A program made the translations under genes and the position numbers. A DNA stretch of 64,000 bases from Mustelus asterias (Eukaryota), in contig NC_135806.1 of the NCBI RefSeq assembly GCF_964213995.1, positions 139,748,001-139,812,000 on the forward strand, given 5' to 3'. This document shows positions 12,882 through 25,773 of this stretch, piece after piece. Positions within the stretch are counted from its first letter, which is position 1; the number at the start of each line of letters is the position of its first letter. The notes under the pieces were generated by a model that searched no databases, was not told where the DNA came from, and saw nothing but the letters and a program-made list of their open reading frames with translations.

Positions 12882-13185
12882 TTCCTTTGTTCAGGATGTG
12901 GGCATCACTGGCTGGGCCAAATTGCCCTTTAACTAAGTGCCCAGCCAGGGCAGTTAAGAGGCAACCGCATTGCTGTGGGTCTGGAGTCACATGTGGATCA
13001 GACCAGGTAAAGGGGGCAGATTTCCTTCCCTGAAGGACATCAGTGAACCAGATGGTTTCAACAATGGTTTCATTAGAATTTTAATTGCAATTTTTTTTTA
13101 TTGAATTCAAATTTTACCATTTGACGTGATGGGATTCAAACTTAGGTCCCTTGATTACTTGCCCATTGACGATGCCGCTATGCCA
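12882..13185 (-). mobile_element. SINE (same family as 3738-4018)
   Basis: Shared core sequence. Confidence 0.65.
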
Positions 13186-13760
13186 CCAACTCCCGCAAAG
13201 CCAAGCTGAGGGGGAAGGAGAGGCAGAGGGAGGTACCACAAAACACAAGAAGGAGAAGTGGCCACAGCGATAGACAGAGTAGCTGGCAAAGTAAGATTGC
13301 AGTTTGTGCTGAACCATTAACCGTTGTTTGTCAAGGACACAGTTCCTCTTGTAGTAAACTTCTATCTTGATGAATAGTCTTTATGTAAAAGAAAATCCCT
13401 GTCTTTACATTGTGACTTTCACAATCTCAGGAAGCCTCAAATGACTTCACAGCCAATGCATTATTTTGGAAATTGAGTCACTGTAATAATCTAGGAAACA
13501 CAGACACGATTTATATTCAGTAATATCCTAAAAGCAGCAATGATAATAATCAGATTATCCGTTTCTGTGACCTTGTTTGAGAGATCAAAGTTCCCAGGAT
13601 ATAGAATCCCTACAGTGCGGAAGGAGGCCAACCGGCCCATCGAGTTTGCACCGACAACAATCCCACTCAGGCCCTATCCCCGTTGCCCTGCACATTTACC
13701 CTGCTAATCGCTCTAACCTATGCATCCCAGGACATTAAGGGGTAATTTAGCATGGCCAAT

Positions 13761-15810
13761 CATAAGAACATAAGAACATAAGAAATAGGAGCAGGAGTAG
13801 GCCATCTAGCCCCTCGAGCCTGCCCCGCCATTCAACAAGATCATGGCTGATCTGAAGCGAATCAGTTCCACTTACCCGCCTGCTCCCCATATCCCTTAAT
13901 TCCCTTATCGATCAGAAATCTATCTACCCGTGATTTAAACATATTCAACGAGGTAGTCTCCACCACTTCAATGGGCAGAGAATTCCAGAGATTCACTACC
14001 CTCTGAGAGAAGAAGTTCCCCCTCAACTCTGTTCTGAACCGGCCCCCACTTATTTTGAGGCTGTGCCCTCTAGTTCTGGTTTCCCTTCTAAGTGGAAAGA
14101 ATCTCTCTACCTCTCCCCTATCCAGCCCCTTCATTATCTTATAGGTCTCTATAAGATCACCCCTCAGCCTTCTAAACTCCAACGAGTACAGACCCAATCT
14201 GTTCAATCTCGCCTCATAAGCTACCCCCTCATCCCCGGTATCAACCTGGTGAACCTTCTCTGCACTCCCTCCAAGGCCGATATATCCTTTCGCAAATAAG
14301 GGGACCAAAACTGCACACAGTACTCCAGTTGCGGCCTCACCAGTGCCTTGTATAGTTGCAGCAAGACCTCCCTGCTTTTATATTCTATCCCCCTCGCGAT
14401 AAAGGCCAACATTCCATTCGCCTTCTTGATCACCTGCTGAGTTTTTGCGATTCGTGCACAAGGACCCCCAGGTCCCTCTGCACAGTAGCATGATGTAATT
14501 TTTCTCCATTTAAATAATATTCCAATTTACTATTATTTCTTCCAAAGTGGATAACCTTACATTTGCCAACGTTATATTCCATCTGCCAGATCCTCGCCCA
14601 CTCGCTCAGCCTATCCAAATCTCTCTGCAGACTTTCCGCGTCCTCCACGCAATTCGCTTTCCCACTCATCTTCATGTCATCAGCAAACTTTGATACCCTA
14701 CACTCAGTCCCCTCCTCCAGATCATCTATGTAAATGGTAAACAGTTGAGGCCCCAGCACCGATCCCTGCGGCACGCCACTGGTCACCAACTGCCAACCAG
14801 AAAAGCACCCATTTATTCCAACTCTCTGCTTTCTGTTAGATAGCCAATCCCCAATCCACGCCAACACCTTACCCCCAACTCTGTGTACCCCAATCTTCTG
14901 CAGCAATCTTTTGTGAGGCACCTTATTGAATGCCTTCTGGAAATCTAAAAACACCACATCCACCGGTTCCCCTCTGTCAACCGCACTAGTCACATCTTCA
15001 TAAAAATCCAGTAAATTCGTCAAACACGACTTTCCCTTCATGAAGGGCGGCATGGTAGCACAGAGGGCGGCACGGTAGCACAGTGGTTAGCACTGCTGCT
15101 TCACAGCTCCAGGGACCTGGGTTCAATTCCCAGCTTTTGGGTCACTGTCTGTGTGGAGTTTGCACATTCTCCTCGTGTCTGCGTGGGTTTCCTCCGGGTG
15201 CTCCGGTTTCCTCCCACAGTCCAACGATGTGCGGGTTAGGTTGATTGGCCATGCTAAAATTGCCCCTTAGTGGCCTGGGGTGCGTAGATTAGAGGGATTA
15301 GCGGGTAAAATATGTAGGGATATGGGGGTAGGGCCTGGGTGGGATTGTGGTCGGTGCAGACTCGATGGGCCGAATGGCCTCTTTCTGTACTGTAGGGTTT
15401 CTATGATTCTATGAATCCATGCTGCGTCTGCTTGATTGAACCATTCTTATCCAGGTGCTCTGCTATTTCCTCTTTAATGATGGACCCCAGCATCTTCCCA
15501 ACTACGGACGTTAAGCTAACCGGCCTGTAGTTACCCGCCTTTTGTTCTACTTCCTTTTTTAAACAGCGGCGTAACAGTAGCTGTTTTCCAATCAGCCTGC
15601 ACTACCCCAGAGTCCAGTGAATTTTGATAAATAACTACTAATGCATCTGCTATTACCTCAGCCATTTCTTTCAGTACCCTGGGATGCATTCCATCCAGGC
15701 CCGGGGACTTGTCTACCTTCAGTCCCATTAGTCTACCAAGCACTACCTCTTTAGTAACAGTAGTTGTATTAAGGACCTCACCTCCCACCAACTCTCGATC
15801 TCTAATATTC
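13761..15810 (-). mobile_element. 5'-truncated CR1 LINE (RT and C-terminus)
   Basis: ORFs 15531..15812, 14430..15053, 14221..14433, 13862..14308, with (cataagaa)n tail. Same subfamily as 45946-47744. Confidence 0.92.
15045..15413 (+). mobile_element. HE1 V-SINE nested in CR1
   Basis: Full SINE with duplicated head. The host frame resumes at atgaatccatgc. Confidence 0.9.
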
Positions 15811-16757
15811 ACCTAACCCGCACATCTTTGGACTGTGGGAGGAAACCGGAGCACCCGGAAACCCAAGCAGACACGGAGAGAACGTGCAAACTCCACACAG
15901 ACAGTGACCCAAGCCGGGAATCAAACCCAGGTCCCTGGAGCTTTGAGGCAGCTATGCTAACCACTGTGCCACCGTGCCGCCTATATCACAGAGAACTCTC
16001 CCACTCTTCTTCAAAATAGTGTCATGGAATCTTTTACTTACTTCACTGGAGTGCCTAAGTGTGCCTGTGGAGAGCGACTTGACCACACAACCTCGTAACT
16101 TAGAGGGCAGTATCTTACCCCTGTGGGTACTCCATACCTCCTTAAGCAATCATTAGAAAGCACAGAGCCAGCAGTACAGCGCAGTCACAACAGATAATGG
16201 GCTGTCTTCAGAAAGTCATCAATACACAATGTAAACCACCCCAGTTCCATTCCAATTCTCTTCCCGCACCTACTGGTGCACAAAGGCAGACTTTTATCTG
16301 TTTCCATAGCTAGTATTTCCCAGAACAGGTCACTAGTCCCATCACCAGGAGCTTTTAGCTTGAGGAACGGCACTGCACATCAAACGTGGCTGACCAGGTG
16401 TCTCTCCCACTCTTACCGCCAGCCATTGGCGTGTTTGGAAGGATTAGCAAGTTGGCACCCAAAACCTGTTCAACTGCATTATGAATGCACCTTCCTTGGT
16501 TATCAAGCCCTGGGATGGGACTCAAACTCGGAGTTTCTGGTTCAGAGGGATGGAAGTTACCCACTGCATCACAAGACCTCCTAAAACCACCCCGGTAGAC
16601 CCACAGAAACCAATGTAGCATCTTGACTTTCTTACTTTTTCTCACGGTTACCCCAACAATTTGCCTGAGCACCAGCACTTGTGTGCAGCGCAATGTATTG
16701 GAGTGGGTTGCTGGTGTACCATCATTATAACATCCCTATTAAAATCAATTTAACCCC

Positions 16758-17785
16758 TGTGGAATTTGATGGACATTTTGAGGCCTAGATTTAAAGCTGA
16801 TGGAGAGGACGGAGTTTTATGGCCGCCTTACACCCATTTTGTGGTGGGAAAATGTTGTAAATTCGGGCGTAAAGCGGCTAGCGCGAATGGCGCTGGTTTT
16901 CGCGCCTGTTGCGATTTTATGACATCTGGATTTCCGGCGTGGTCACCGGAAATGGGCGAGAGGCTGATTAATTTATTTAAATTTAGGTATATGTTCAATT
17001 CAATGTGTTTAGCGCGCCCTCCGCTCAATCATCCAGGCTCAATTGACTTTATGGCCTCGCCGGGAGAGGTTCTCTCCGGCGACGAAAGCACCTGCTCCCC
17101 ACAAAACGGGGAACAGTCGTGTTGGCCTCGGTGGTGGAACTGGAGGCCCGTGGGGAGGTTGAGTGCAAAGTGGGGGTGCCCCTTGGGCCGTGCCAGCCTG
17201 GCAGCTGGGCAATGCCCAATGGGGATCTGGACAATGCCCACTGGGCAATGCCAGGGGGTGGGGCCTGTGGGGATGGGCCAAGGGGCAGGCCAGGGGACGG
17301 GGCCAATTGGGGCAGGTCAGGGGTGGGGCCAATGGGGGGAAGGGGGCCTGCTGCCGCTATGCTTGTGATTGATGGGGGAGGGAGGGGAGGCACAATTGTT
17401 CTGGATGGTGGAGCCACGATCGGACTGGGTGGCGGGGGCCGCATCTTGGGCCACGGGCCCCCGCGATTCCGGGGGAGTGGTGAGCTAGTTGAGGCTGTCT
17501 ACAGTAGCAGGGGCCTGACAGCTCTCTCTCTGTTTGTCAGACCCCTGCTACTGTTAATCCACATGTGCAGCATCAGAGGTCTGCACATGTGCAATACCTC
17601 CCTCTACAGATTGTCTGGTGAGTTAAGCCCCGCCCATAGCCTCTCTGGCTAGAACCTGACTAGACCATCTTTTCAGAGGCAGAGTGCGTAAGATTGGGTG
17701 TAAAAACACACTCAAAAAACAGATCTGAACTCTCCCATTTTCAGACTAGCTGGACACTTAGAAAATATCTCGTAAAATTCCACCC
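16758..17785. mobile_element. GC-rich MITE-like element just upstream of the plus-strand leader exon
   Basis: Imperfect terminal inverted repeats (gtggaattt / aaattccac) and an abrupt GC shift. Confidence 0.45.
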
Positions 17786-17982
17786 AGAATCTCTCATTCT
17801 CTGAAATGCTGAGGTTTGTGCCACTTTTCCAGTTTTAAATAAATATGTCTGTTACTGCTCAACACAAGTGGATGTCCCATTCGCTACTAAATTGAATGAC
17901 AATGATCAACATCTCTTGCGGGTTTCAGCATCAAGAGAGAAGGATGACTGAGTAAGAAAGAAGAAATACTGAAGAACTGGCG

Positions 17983-18042
17983 ATGGGTTCTATCCATATT
18001 TGGCTCTCGAGACTCCTGCTGTCAGTTTCAGTGCGGGGTCAC
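17983..18042 (+). pseudogene. Leader exon of plus-strand paralog
   Basis: MGSIHIWLSRLLLSVSVRGH|gtaagt, paralogous to 1713-1773. One nt shorter (phase 0), so out of phase with the phase-1 V exon. Confidence 0.8.
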
Positions 18043-18790
18043 GTAAGTTCTCTCTAATATTAAACATTCAATTTTAAATTTATTTTGCATTCATTCACAG
18101 GATTGTGTGTTGCTGGCAAGGCCAACATTTATTGCCCATCCCTAATTGTGTAGAAGGTGGTTTGGGACTGCCTTCTTGAACCACTGTCGTAGGTACTCCT
18201 ACAATGCTGTTAGGAATGGAGTTTCAGGATTTTGACTCTGACATTAATGGAATGGTGATATATTTGCAAGTCCGGATGGCGTGTATTTTGGAGGGGAACT
18301 TGCTGCCCATGTTCTTCCGGTTGGTGGGGGTGACGGGTCTGGAAGATGCTAATGAAAGAGTGGTTGTCATATATCTTGGAGATGGTACACACTGCTGCCA
18401 CTGTGCACCTGGAGTGGAGGGAGTGAATGTTTAACGTGGTGATGGAATGCCGATCATGTGCAGGGTTTTTGCCTCAATGACGTTGATCTTCTTGTTTGAT
18501 CTGCACTCATCCAGTTTGCGGAGAATATTCAATCACGGTCCTGACTTGTGTTGTGGACAGGCGTTCAAGATTGTGAGGCGAGCTACTCACATTCCCAGCC
18601 TCTGACTTGACACCAGAGCATTTATGTTAATTCATTCTCACTGTGCTCTTCTTCTCACTGACTTTCTCTCTTTCCTTCTCCGTGTGTATATATTTCTCTC
18701 TTCCTTTGTGTCTGCCTCTCTGACACCCTTTTCATTTCCAATGTGCCCTCAAGCCTCCCGCAGTTCTCACCCAGATGAGGGAAAACATTT

Positions 18791-19604
18791 TCACACAGCG
18801 AGTGGTTAGGATCTGGAATGCACTGTCTGAGAGTGTGGTGGAGACAGATTCACACAGTGAGTGGTTAGGATCTGGAATGTACTGTCTGAGATTGTGGTGG
18901 AGACAGATTCACACAGCGAGTGGTTAGGATCTGGAATGCACTGTCTGAGAGTGTGGTGGAGACAGATTCACACAGCGAGTGGTTAGGATCTCGAATGCAC
19001 TGTCTGAGAGTGTGGTGGAGACAGATTCACACAGCGAGTGGTTAGGGTCTGGAATGCACTGTCTGAGAGTGTGGTGGAGACAGATTCACACAGCGAGTGG
19101 TTAGGACCCGGAATGCACTGTCTGAGAGTGTGGTGGAGACAGATTCACACAGCGAGTGGTTAGGATCTGGAATGCACTGTCTGAGAGTGTGGTGGAGACA
19201 GATTCACACAGAGAGTGGTTAGGATGTGGAATGTACTGTCTGAGAGTGTGGTGGAGACAGATTCACACAGCGAGTGGTTAGGACCCGGAATGCACTGTCT
19301 GAGAGTGTGGTGGAGACAGATTCACACAGCGAGTGGTTAGGATCTGGAATGCACTGTCTGAGAGTGTGGTGGAGACAGATTCACACAGAGAGTGGTTAGG
19401 ACCCGGAATGCACTATCTGAGAGGGTGGGAGAGACAGATTCACACAGAGAGTGGTTAGGACCCGGAATGTACTGTCTGAGAGTGTGGTGGAGACAGATTC
19501 ACACAGAGAGTGGTTAGGACCCGGAATGCACTGTCTGTGAGTGTGGTGGAGACAGATTCACACAGAGAGTGGTTAGGACCCGGAATGCACTGTCTGTGAG
19601 TGTG
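18791..19604 (+). repeat. 59-bp minisatellite, ~14 copies
   Basis: Unit tcacacagcgagtggttaggatctggaatgcactgtctgagagtgtggtggagacagat starts at 18791, 18850, 18909 ... 19558. Confidence 0.97.
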
Positions 19605-20740
19605 CCTTTCAAAAACAATTGGGTAAGTACCTGGAGAGAAAACCAAAATGTGAAGGGCGACAGGGAAAGGGTGGGAGAGTGGTGCTGGCTGAGTTGTTTT
19701 TGCAGCAAGCTGGTACGGACACGGTGGTTTGAATGTTCTCTGTTGATGCTGTAACTGTTCTATGATTCTATGTGACAAGATCAGTTAAACCTCAGGTCAA
19801 TGTTGACCCCCAGGCAGGGCCCAGGGTGCAGACAGCACTAATCATTGGGGCTTGTGCCCAGCCTCCTTCCTCTAAATGAAATTTCTTGTCTCTCAGCCTG
19901 AGCAGGGAGGCAAAACTGCAGACTCAAAAGTTGAACTTGAAACAAACCCAAACCTCCAGGCCCGGTTCTGATTTTTTTTTACAGTTTGTCCGTCGCTGTC
20001 AATTTCACTCAATTGCTTCACTGTCCTTTGGGGAGTTTTGTGGCTCCAATTTTTCAAAAGCCCACTGGAAAACCACAGAGCTGTCTGATGGTCAACAACA
20101 GGAATACAGCAACTGAGAGAGTTCCTGTTTCAGAAATGGTAAATAAAACCTCTATTTTAAAGTCCTCTGTGGTTCAGGGGGGTGGGTGTTGGCAGATGGG
20201 TGAGGTTGCTGGACTGTTGGAAGTATGAGTGTATGTTGGGGGCTGTTGAAGGGGTGGGATGGCAGAGGTTAGACTCCTTACTGTGGTTACCCCAGTCCAA
20301 CGCCGGCATCTCCACATCAGTTCACAGTGTACAATACAATTTGTGTGCCAATTTCTGGAGGAAGGGGAAACAATGTGGTTCTTGAGTTTCGGATGCACTG
20401 AATTCCTGTACCTTGTTACATTCTTCTCTGAAAATTTCAGTTCTGCAATTCAATCTACTGTATACTGTCTCGGAGGCTGATGCTACATTTCTGACTAGCA
20501 AATCCTGGAGTTCATGTCATTAGCGTAAAAGGAGCGGATGCCATTTATGGTATTTCAATGAGAGTGAAGTCAGAATGGTAAGGTTGTATTAAGAGTTAAA
20601 TAGTTTTGTAAATGAAATATCTTTGTAGCTACTTTCCTAACATCAATTGACTGCTCTGTGATTAACTGTCCTTAAAAAAATCGTAAGAAGTTTAACAACA
20701 CCAGGTTAAAGTCCAACAGGTTTATTTGGTAACAAAAGCC

Positions 20741-20779
20741 ACACAAGCTTTCGAGGCTCTGAGCCCCTTCTTCAGGTGA
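20741..20779 (-). ncRNA. Minimal hammerhead ribozyme
   Basis: Reverse complement of 25735-25773. Confidence 0.7.
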
Positions 20780-20987
20780 GTGGGAATTCTGTTCACAAAC
20801 AGAACTTATAAAGACACAGACTCAATTTACATGAATAATGGTTGGAATGCGAATACTTACAACTAATCCAGTCTTTAAGAAACAAAACAATGGGAGTGGA
20901 GAGAGCATCAAGACAGGCTAAAAAGATGTGTATTGTCTCCAGACAAGACAGCCAGTGAAACTCTGCAGGTCCACGCAACTGTGGGAG

Positions 20988-22982
20988 TTACAAATAGTGT
21001 GACATAAACCCAATATCCCGGTTGAGGCCGTCCTTGTGTGTGCGGAACTTGGCTATCAGTTTCTGCTCAGCGACTCTGCGCTGTCGTGTGTCGCGAAGGC
21101 CGCCTTGGAGAACGCTTACCCGAATATCAGAGGCCGAATGCCCGTGACCGCTGAAGTGCTCCCCAACAGGAAGAGAACAGTCTTGCCTGGTGATTGTCGA
21201 GCGGTGTTCATTCATCCGTTGTCGCAGCGTCTGCATAGTTTCCCCAATGTACCATGCCTTGGGACATCCTTTCTTGCAGCGTATCAGGTAGACAACGTTG
21301 GCCGAGTTGCAAGAGTATGTACCGTGTACCTGGTGGATGGTGTTCTCACGTGAGATGATGGCATCTGTGTCGATGATCCGGCACGTCTTGCAGAGGTTGC
21401 TGTGGCAGGGTTGTGTGGTGTCTTGGTCACTGTTCTCCTGAAGGCTGGGTAGTTTGCTGCGGACAATGGTCTGTTTGAGGTTGTGCGGTTGTTTGAAGGC
21501 AAGAAGTGGGGGTGTGGGGATGGCCTTGGCGAGATGTTCGTCTTCATCAATGACATGTTGAAGGCTCCGGAGGAGATGCCGTAGCTTCTCCGCTCCGGGG
21601 AAGTACTGGACAACGAAGGGTACTCTGTCCACTGTGTCCCGTGTTTGTCTTCTGAGGAGGTCGGTGCGGTTTTTCGCTGTGGCGCGTTGGAACTGTTGAT
21701 CAATGAGTCTAGCGCCATATCCTGTTCTTATGAGGGCATCTTTCAGCGTCTGGAGGTGTCTGTTGCGATCCTCCTCATCCGAGCAGATCCTGTGTATACG
21801 GAGGGCTTGTCCGTAGGGGATGGCTTCTTTAACGTGTTTAGGGTGGAAGCTGGAGAAGTGGAGCATCGTGAGGTTATCCGTGGGCTTGCGGTACAGTGAG
21901 GTGCTGAGGTGACCGTCCTTAATGGAGATGCGCGTGTCCAAGAATGCAACCGATTCCGGAGAGTAGTCTATGGTGAGCCTGATGGTGGGATGGAACTTGT
22001 TGATGTCATCATAGAGTTGTTTCAGTGATTGTTCACCATGAGTCCAAAGGAAGAAAATGTCATCGATGTATCTAGTGTATAGCATCGGTTGAAGGTCCCG
22101 TGCGGTGAAGAAGTCTTGTTCGAACCTGTGCATGAAGATGTTGGCATATTGAGGTGCAAATTTGGTCCCCATGGCTGTTCCGTGTGTCTGGATGAAGAAC
22201 TGGTTGTTGAAGGTGAAGATATTGTGGTCCAGGATGAAGCGGATGAGATGTAAAATTGCATCTGGAAACTGGCAGTTGTTGGCGCTGAGCACTGAGGCCG
22301 TTGCAGCAATGCCATCGTCATGGGGGATGCTGGTGTAGAGTGCTGAGACATCCATTGTGACGAGGAGCGCTCCTGGTTCAACTGCTCCATGTGTGCCGAG
22401 TTTCTGTAGGAAGTCCGTCGTGTCGCGACAAAAGCTGGGGGTTCTTTGTACAATGGGTTTCAGGATGCCCTCGACATAGCCGGAGAGGTTCTCGCACAGG
22501 GTCCCATTGCCCGATACGATGGGACGGCCGGGTGTGTTTGCCTTGTGTATCTTCGGGAGGCAGTAGAGATCTCCAACGCGGGGAGTACGTGGGATGAGAG
22601 CACGGAGGGTGTTCTGAAGGTCCGGATCAAAGGTCTTGATCAGAGTGTTGAGTTGACGGGTGTGTTCTTTGGTCGGATCTGCAGGTAACTGTCTGTAGTG
22701 TTCCTCGTTGTTGAGTTGTCGGTACACTTCTTTGCAGTATTCCGTTCTGTTCAGTATGACGATGGCCCCTCCTTTGTCTGCTGGTTTGATGACAATGTTG
22801 CGGTTGGTCTTGAGAGCGTGGATGGCGTTACGTTGTGCTTGGGTGATGTTCGGGGCTGTCTTGTGAGTGCGGCTGATGAATTTGGTGTTGACGCACCTCC
22901 TGACGGCTTGGGCATACATGTCAAGTCGAGGGCAGCGGCCTTCCGGAGGAGTCCAATTCGACTCTTTCCTCTTCGGATGCAC
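20988..22982 (-). CDS. Penelope RT + GIY-YIG endonuclease ORF, 5'-truncated but uninterrupted
   Basis: LPKIHK, GRPIVS, DVSALYTSIP, GTAMG, RYIDD, CHSNLCKTC, VVYLIRC..WYIGET. Confidence 0.93.
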   Translation of the reverse strand: MHPKRKESNWTPPEGRCPRLDMYAQAVRRCVNTKFISRTHKTAPNITQAQRNAIHALKTNRNIVIKPADKGGAIVILNRTEYCKEVYRQLNNEEHYRQLPADPTKEHTRQLNTLIKTFDPDLQNTLRALIPRTPRVGDLYCLPKIHKANTPGRPIVSGNGTLCENLSGYVEGILKPIVQRTPSFCRDTTDFLQKLGTHGAVEPGALLVTMDVSALYTSIPHDDGIAATASVLSANNCQFPDAILHLIRFILDHNIFTFNNQFFIQTHGTAMGTKFAPQYANIFMHRFEQDFFTARDLQPMLYTRYIDDIFFLWTHGEQSLKQLYDDINKFHPTIRLTIDYSPESVAFLDTRISIKDGHLSTSLYRKPTDNLTMLHFSSFHPKHVKEAIPYGQALRIHRICSDEEDRNRHLQTLKDALIRTGYGARLIDQQFQRATAKNRTDLLRRQTRDTVDRVPFVVQYFPGAEKLRHLLRSLQHVIDEDEHLAKAIPTPPLLAFKQPHNLKQTIVRSKLPSLQENSDQDTTQPCHSNLCKTCRIIDTDAIISRENTIHQVHGTYSCNSANVVYLIRCKKGCPKAWYIGETMQTLRQRMNEHRSTITRQDCSLPVGEHFSGHGHSASDIRVSVLQGGLRDTRQRRVAEQKLIAKFRTHKDGLNRDIGFMSHYL

Positions 22983-23015
22983 TGCGGATCTCTCTGTCGG
23001 CTGTTCCGGTTCATT

Positions 23016-25526
23016 CAGACTACGCTGAGAGACTTTGCCGTCGCACCTCTCTCACCCTCCTCAACCACCTCATACACCAACTCCACAGCAAACGCCGCAG
23101 CCTGGAAACCAAGATCGAATCCATATTCTCAACTTGCGCTCAGGACGCAGACCAGCTGCGAAACTCTGCCAAGCAGACGAGACAAAGGAACTACACCATC
23201 TACATGCACACCAAGAACAGGAAACTTGAGAAACTCGGCATCACCACCAGCAGCAACCAAGCCTCCCCCGGTACCACAGTAGAAAACAGTACCACTGCAG
23301 GGAAGTCCATTGTCAACTTGTCCAACTACACACTTCAACCAGATGAAATCGAAGTTCTCAGCCGAGGGCTTAATTTTTGCCCCACCACCAAAATAGACCC
23401 CATCAGTCTCGCAGCAGACACAGAGGAATTCATCAGGCGAATGAGGCTGAGGGAGTTCTTCCACAAACCCCAAGAGGCCAACAACGAACACAATGAGACA
23501 GCCAATGAACCGGAACAGCCGACAGAGAGATCCGCAGTGCATCCGAAGAGGAAAGAGTCGAATTGGACTCCTCCGGAAGGCCGCTGCCCTCGACTTGACA
23601 TGTATGCCCAAGCCGTCAGGAGGTGCGTCAACACCAAATTCATCAGCCGCACTCACAAGACAGCCCCGAACATCACCCAAGCACAACGTAACGCCATCCA
23701 CGCTCTCAAGACCAACCGCAACATTGTCATCAAACCAGCAGACAAAGGAGGGGCCATCGTCATACTGAACAGAACGGATTACTGCAAAGAAGTGTACCGA
23801 CAACTCAACAACGAGGAACACTACAGACAGTTACCTGCAGATCCGACCAAAGAACACACCCGTCAACTCAACACTCTGATCAAGACCTTTGATCCGGACC
23901 TTCAGAACACCCTCCGTGCTCTCATCCCACGTACTCCCCGCGTTGGAGATCTCTACTGCCTCCCGAAGATACACAAGGCAAACACACCCGGCCGTCCCAT
24001 CGTATCGGGCAATGGGACCCTGTGCGAGAACCTCTCCGGCTATGTCGAGGGCATCCTGAAACCCATTGTACAAAGAACCCCCAGCTTTTGTCGCGACACG
24101 ACGGACTTCCTACAGAAACTCGGCACACATGGAGCAGTTGAACCAGGAGCGCTCCTCGTCACAATGGATGTCTCGGCACTCTACACCAGCATCCCCCATG
24201 ACGATGGCATTGCTGCAACGGCCTCAGTGCTCAGCGCCAACAACTGCCAGTTTCCAGATGCAATTTTACATCTCATCCGCTTCATCCTGGACCACAATAT
24301 CTTCACCTTCAACAACCAGTTCTTCATCCAGACACACGGAACAGCCATGGGGACCAAATTTGCACCTCAATATGCCAACATCTTCATGCACAGGTTCGAA
24401 CAAGACTTCTTCACCGCACGGGACCTTCAACCGATGCTATACACTAGATACATCGATGACATTTTCTTCCTTTGGACTCATGGTGAACAATCACTGAAAC
24501 AACTCTATGATGACATCGACAAGTTCCATCCCACCATCAGACTCACCATAGACTACTCTCCGGAGTCGGTTGCATTCTTGGACACGCGCATCTCCATTAA
24601 GGACGGTCACCTCAGCACCTCACTGTACCGCAAGCCCACGGATAACCTCACGATGCTCCACTTCTCCAGCTTCCACCCTAAACACGTTAAAGAAGCCATC
24701 CCCTACGGACAAGCCCTCCGTATACACAGGATCTGCTCGGATGAGGAGGAACAGACACCTCCAGACGCTGAAAGATGCCCTCATAAGAACAGGATATGGC
24801 GCTAGACTCATTGATCAACAGTTCCAACACGCCACAGCGAAAAACCGCACCGACCTCCTCAGAAGACAAACACGGGACACAGTGGACAGAGTACCCTTCG
24901 TTGTCCAGTACTTCCCCGGAGCGGAGAAGCTACGGCATCTCCTCCGGAGCCTTCAACATGTCATTGATGAAGACGAACATCTCGCCAAGGCCATCCCCAC
25001 ACCCCCACTTCTTGCCTTCAAACAACCGCACAACCTCAAACAGACCATTGTCCGCAGCAAACTACCCAGCCTTCAGGAGAACAGTGACCAAGACACCACA
25101 CAACCCTGCCACAGCAACCTCTGCAAGACGTGCCGGATCATCGACACAGATGCCATCATCTCACGTGAGAACACCATCCACCAGGTACACGGTACATACT
25201 CTTGCAACTCGGCCAACGTTGTCTACCTGATACGCTGCAAGAAAGGATGTCCCAAGGCATGGTACATTGGGGAAACTATGCAGACGCTGCGACAACGGAT
25301 GAATGAACACCGCTCGACAATCACCAGGCAAGACTGTTCTCTTCCTGTTGGGGAGCACTTCAGCGGTCACGGGCATTCGGCCTCTGATATTCGGGTAAGC
25401 GTTCTCCAAGGCGGCCTTCGCGACACACGACAGCGCAGAGTCACTGAGCAGAAACTGATAGCCAAGTTCCGCACACACAAGGACGGCCTCAACCGGGATA
25501 TTGGGTTTATGTCACACTATTTGTAA
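23016..25526 (+). pseudogene. Penelope RT + GIY-YIG ORF, longer at the 5' end, frameshifted by a 5-bp deletion near 24750
   Basis: ORFs 23204..24805 and 24570..25526. The other arm has gagga(tcgca)acagac. Confidence 0.92.
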
Positions 25527-25734
25527 CTCCCACAGTTGCGTGGACCTGCAGAGTTTCACTGGCTGTCTTGTCTGGAGACAATACACATCTTTTTAGCCTG
25601 TCTTGATGCTCTCTCCACTCCCATTGTTTTGTTTCTTAAAGACTGGATTAGTTGTAAGTATTCGCATTCCAACCATTATTCATGTAAATTGAGTCTGTGT
25701 CTTTATAAGTTCTGTTTGTGAACAGAATTCCCAC

Positions 25735-25773
25735 TCACCTGAAGAAGGGGCTCAGAGCCTCGAAAGCTTGTGT
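25735..25773 (+). ncRNA. Minimal hammerhead ribozyme
   Basis: tcac CTGAAGA a ggggct cag agcctc GAAA gc TT gtg. Confidence 0.72.

Larger units (their letters stand above)
13600..15981 (-). mobile_element. HE1 SINE split by a CR1 insertion (halves 13600-13762 and 15809-15981)
   Basis: The halves rejoin as gcatggccaatca|cctaacccgcacatc, matching the intact copy at 11570-11605. Confidence 0.85.

Noticed and set aside
15065-15135. tRNA genes or RSS heptamers (cacagtg) in SINE heads
   Set aside because: These are tRNA-derived promoter regions of HE1 SINEs, without a full cloverleaf or a nonamer.
16766-17652. Overlapping 130-200 aa Gly/Pro-rich ORFs (also 8010-8548 and 27381-27949)
   Set aside because: Stop-poor GC-rich repeat sequence, open in many frames, with no domain motifs.
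18791-19604. CRISPR-like regular array
   Set aside because: No unique spacers. It is a pure tandem repeat derived from CR1, in a eukaryotic context.
22698-23821. 194- and 230-aa ORFs crossing the palindrome centre
   Set aside because: Antisense and off-frame shadows of the Penelope ORF.
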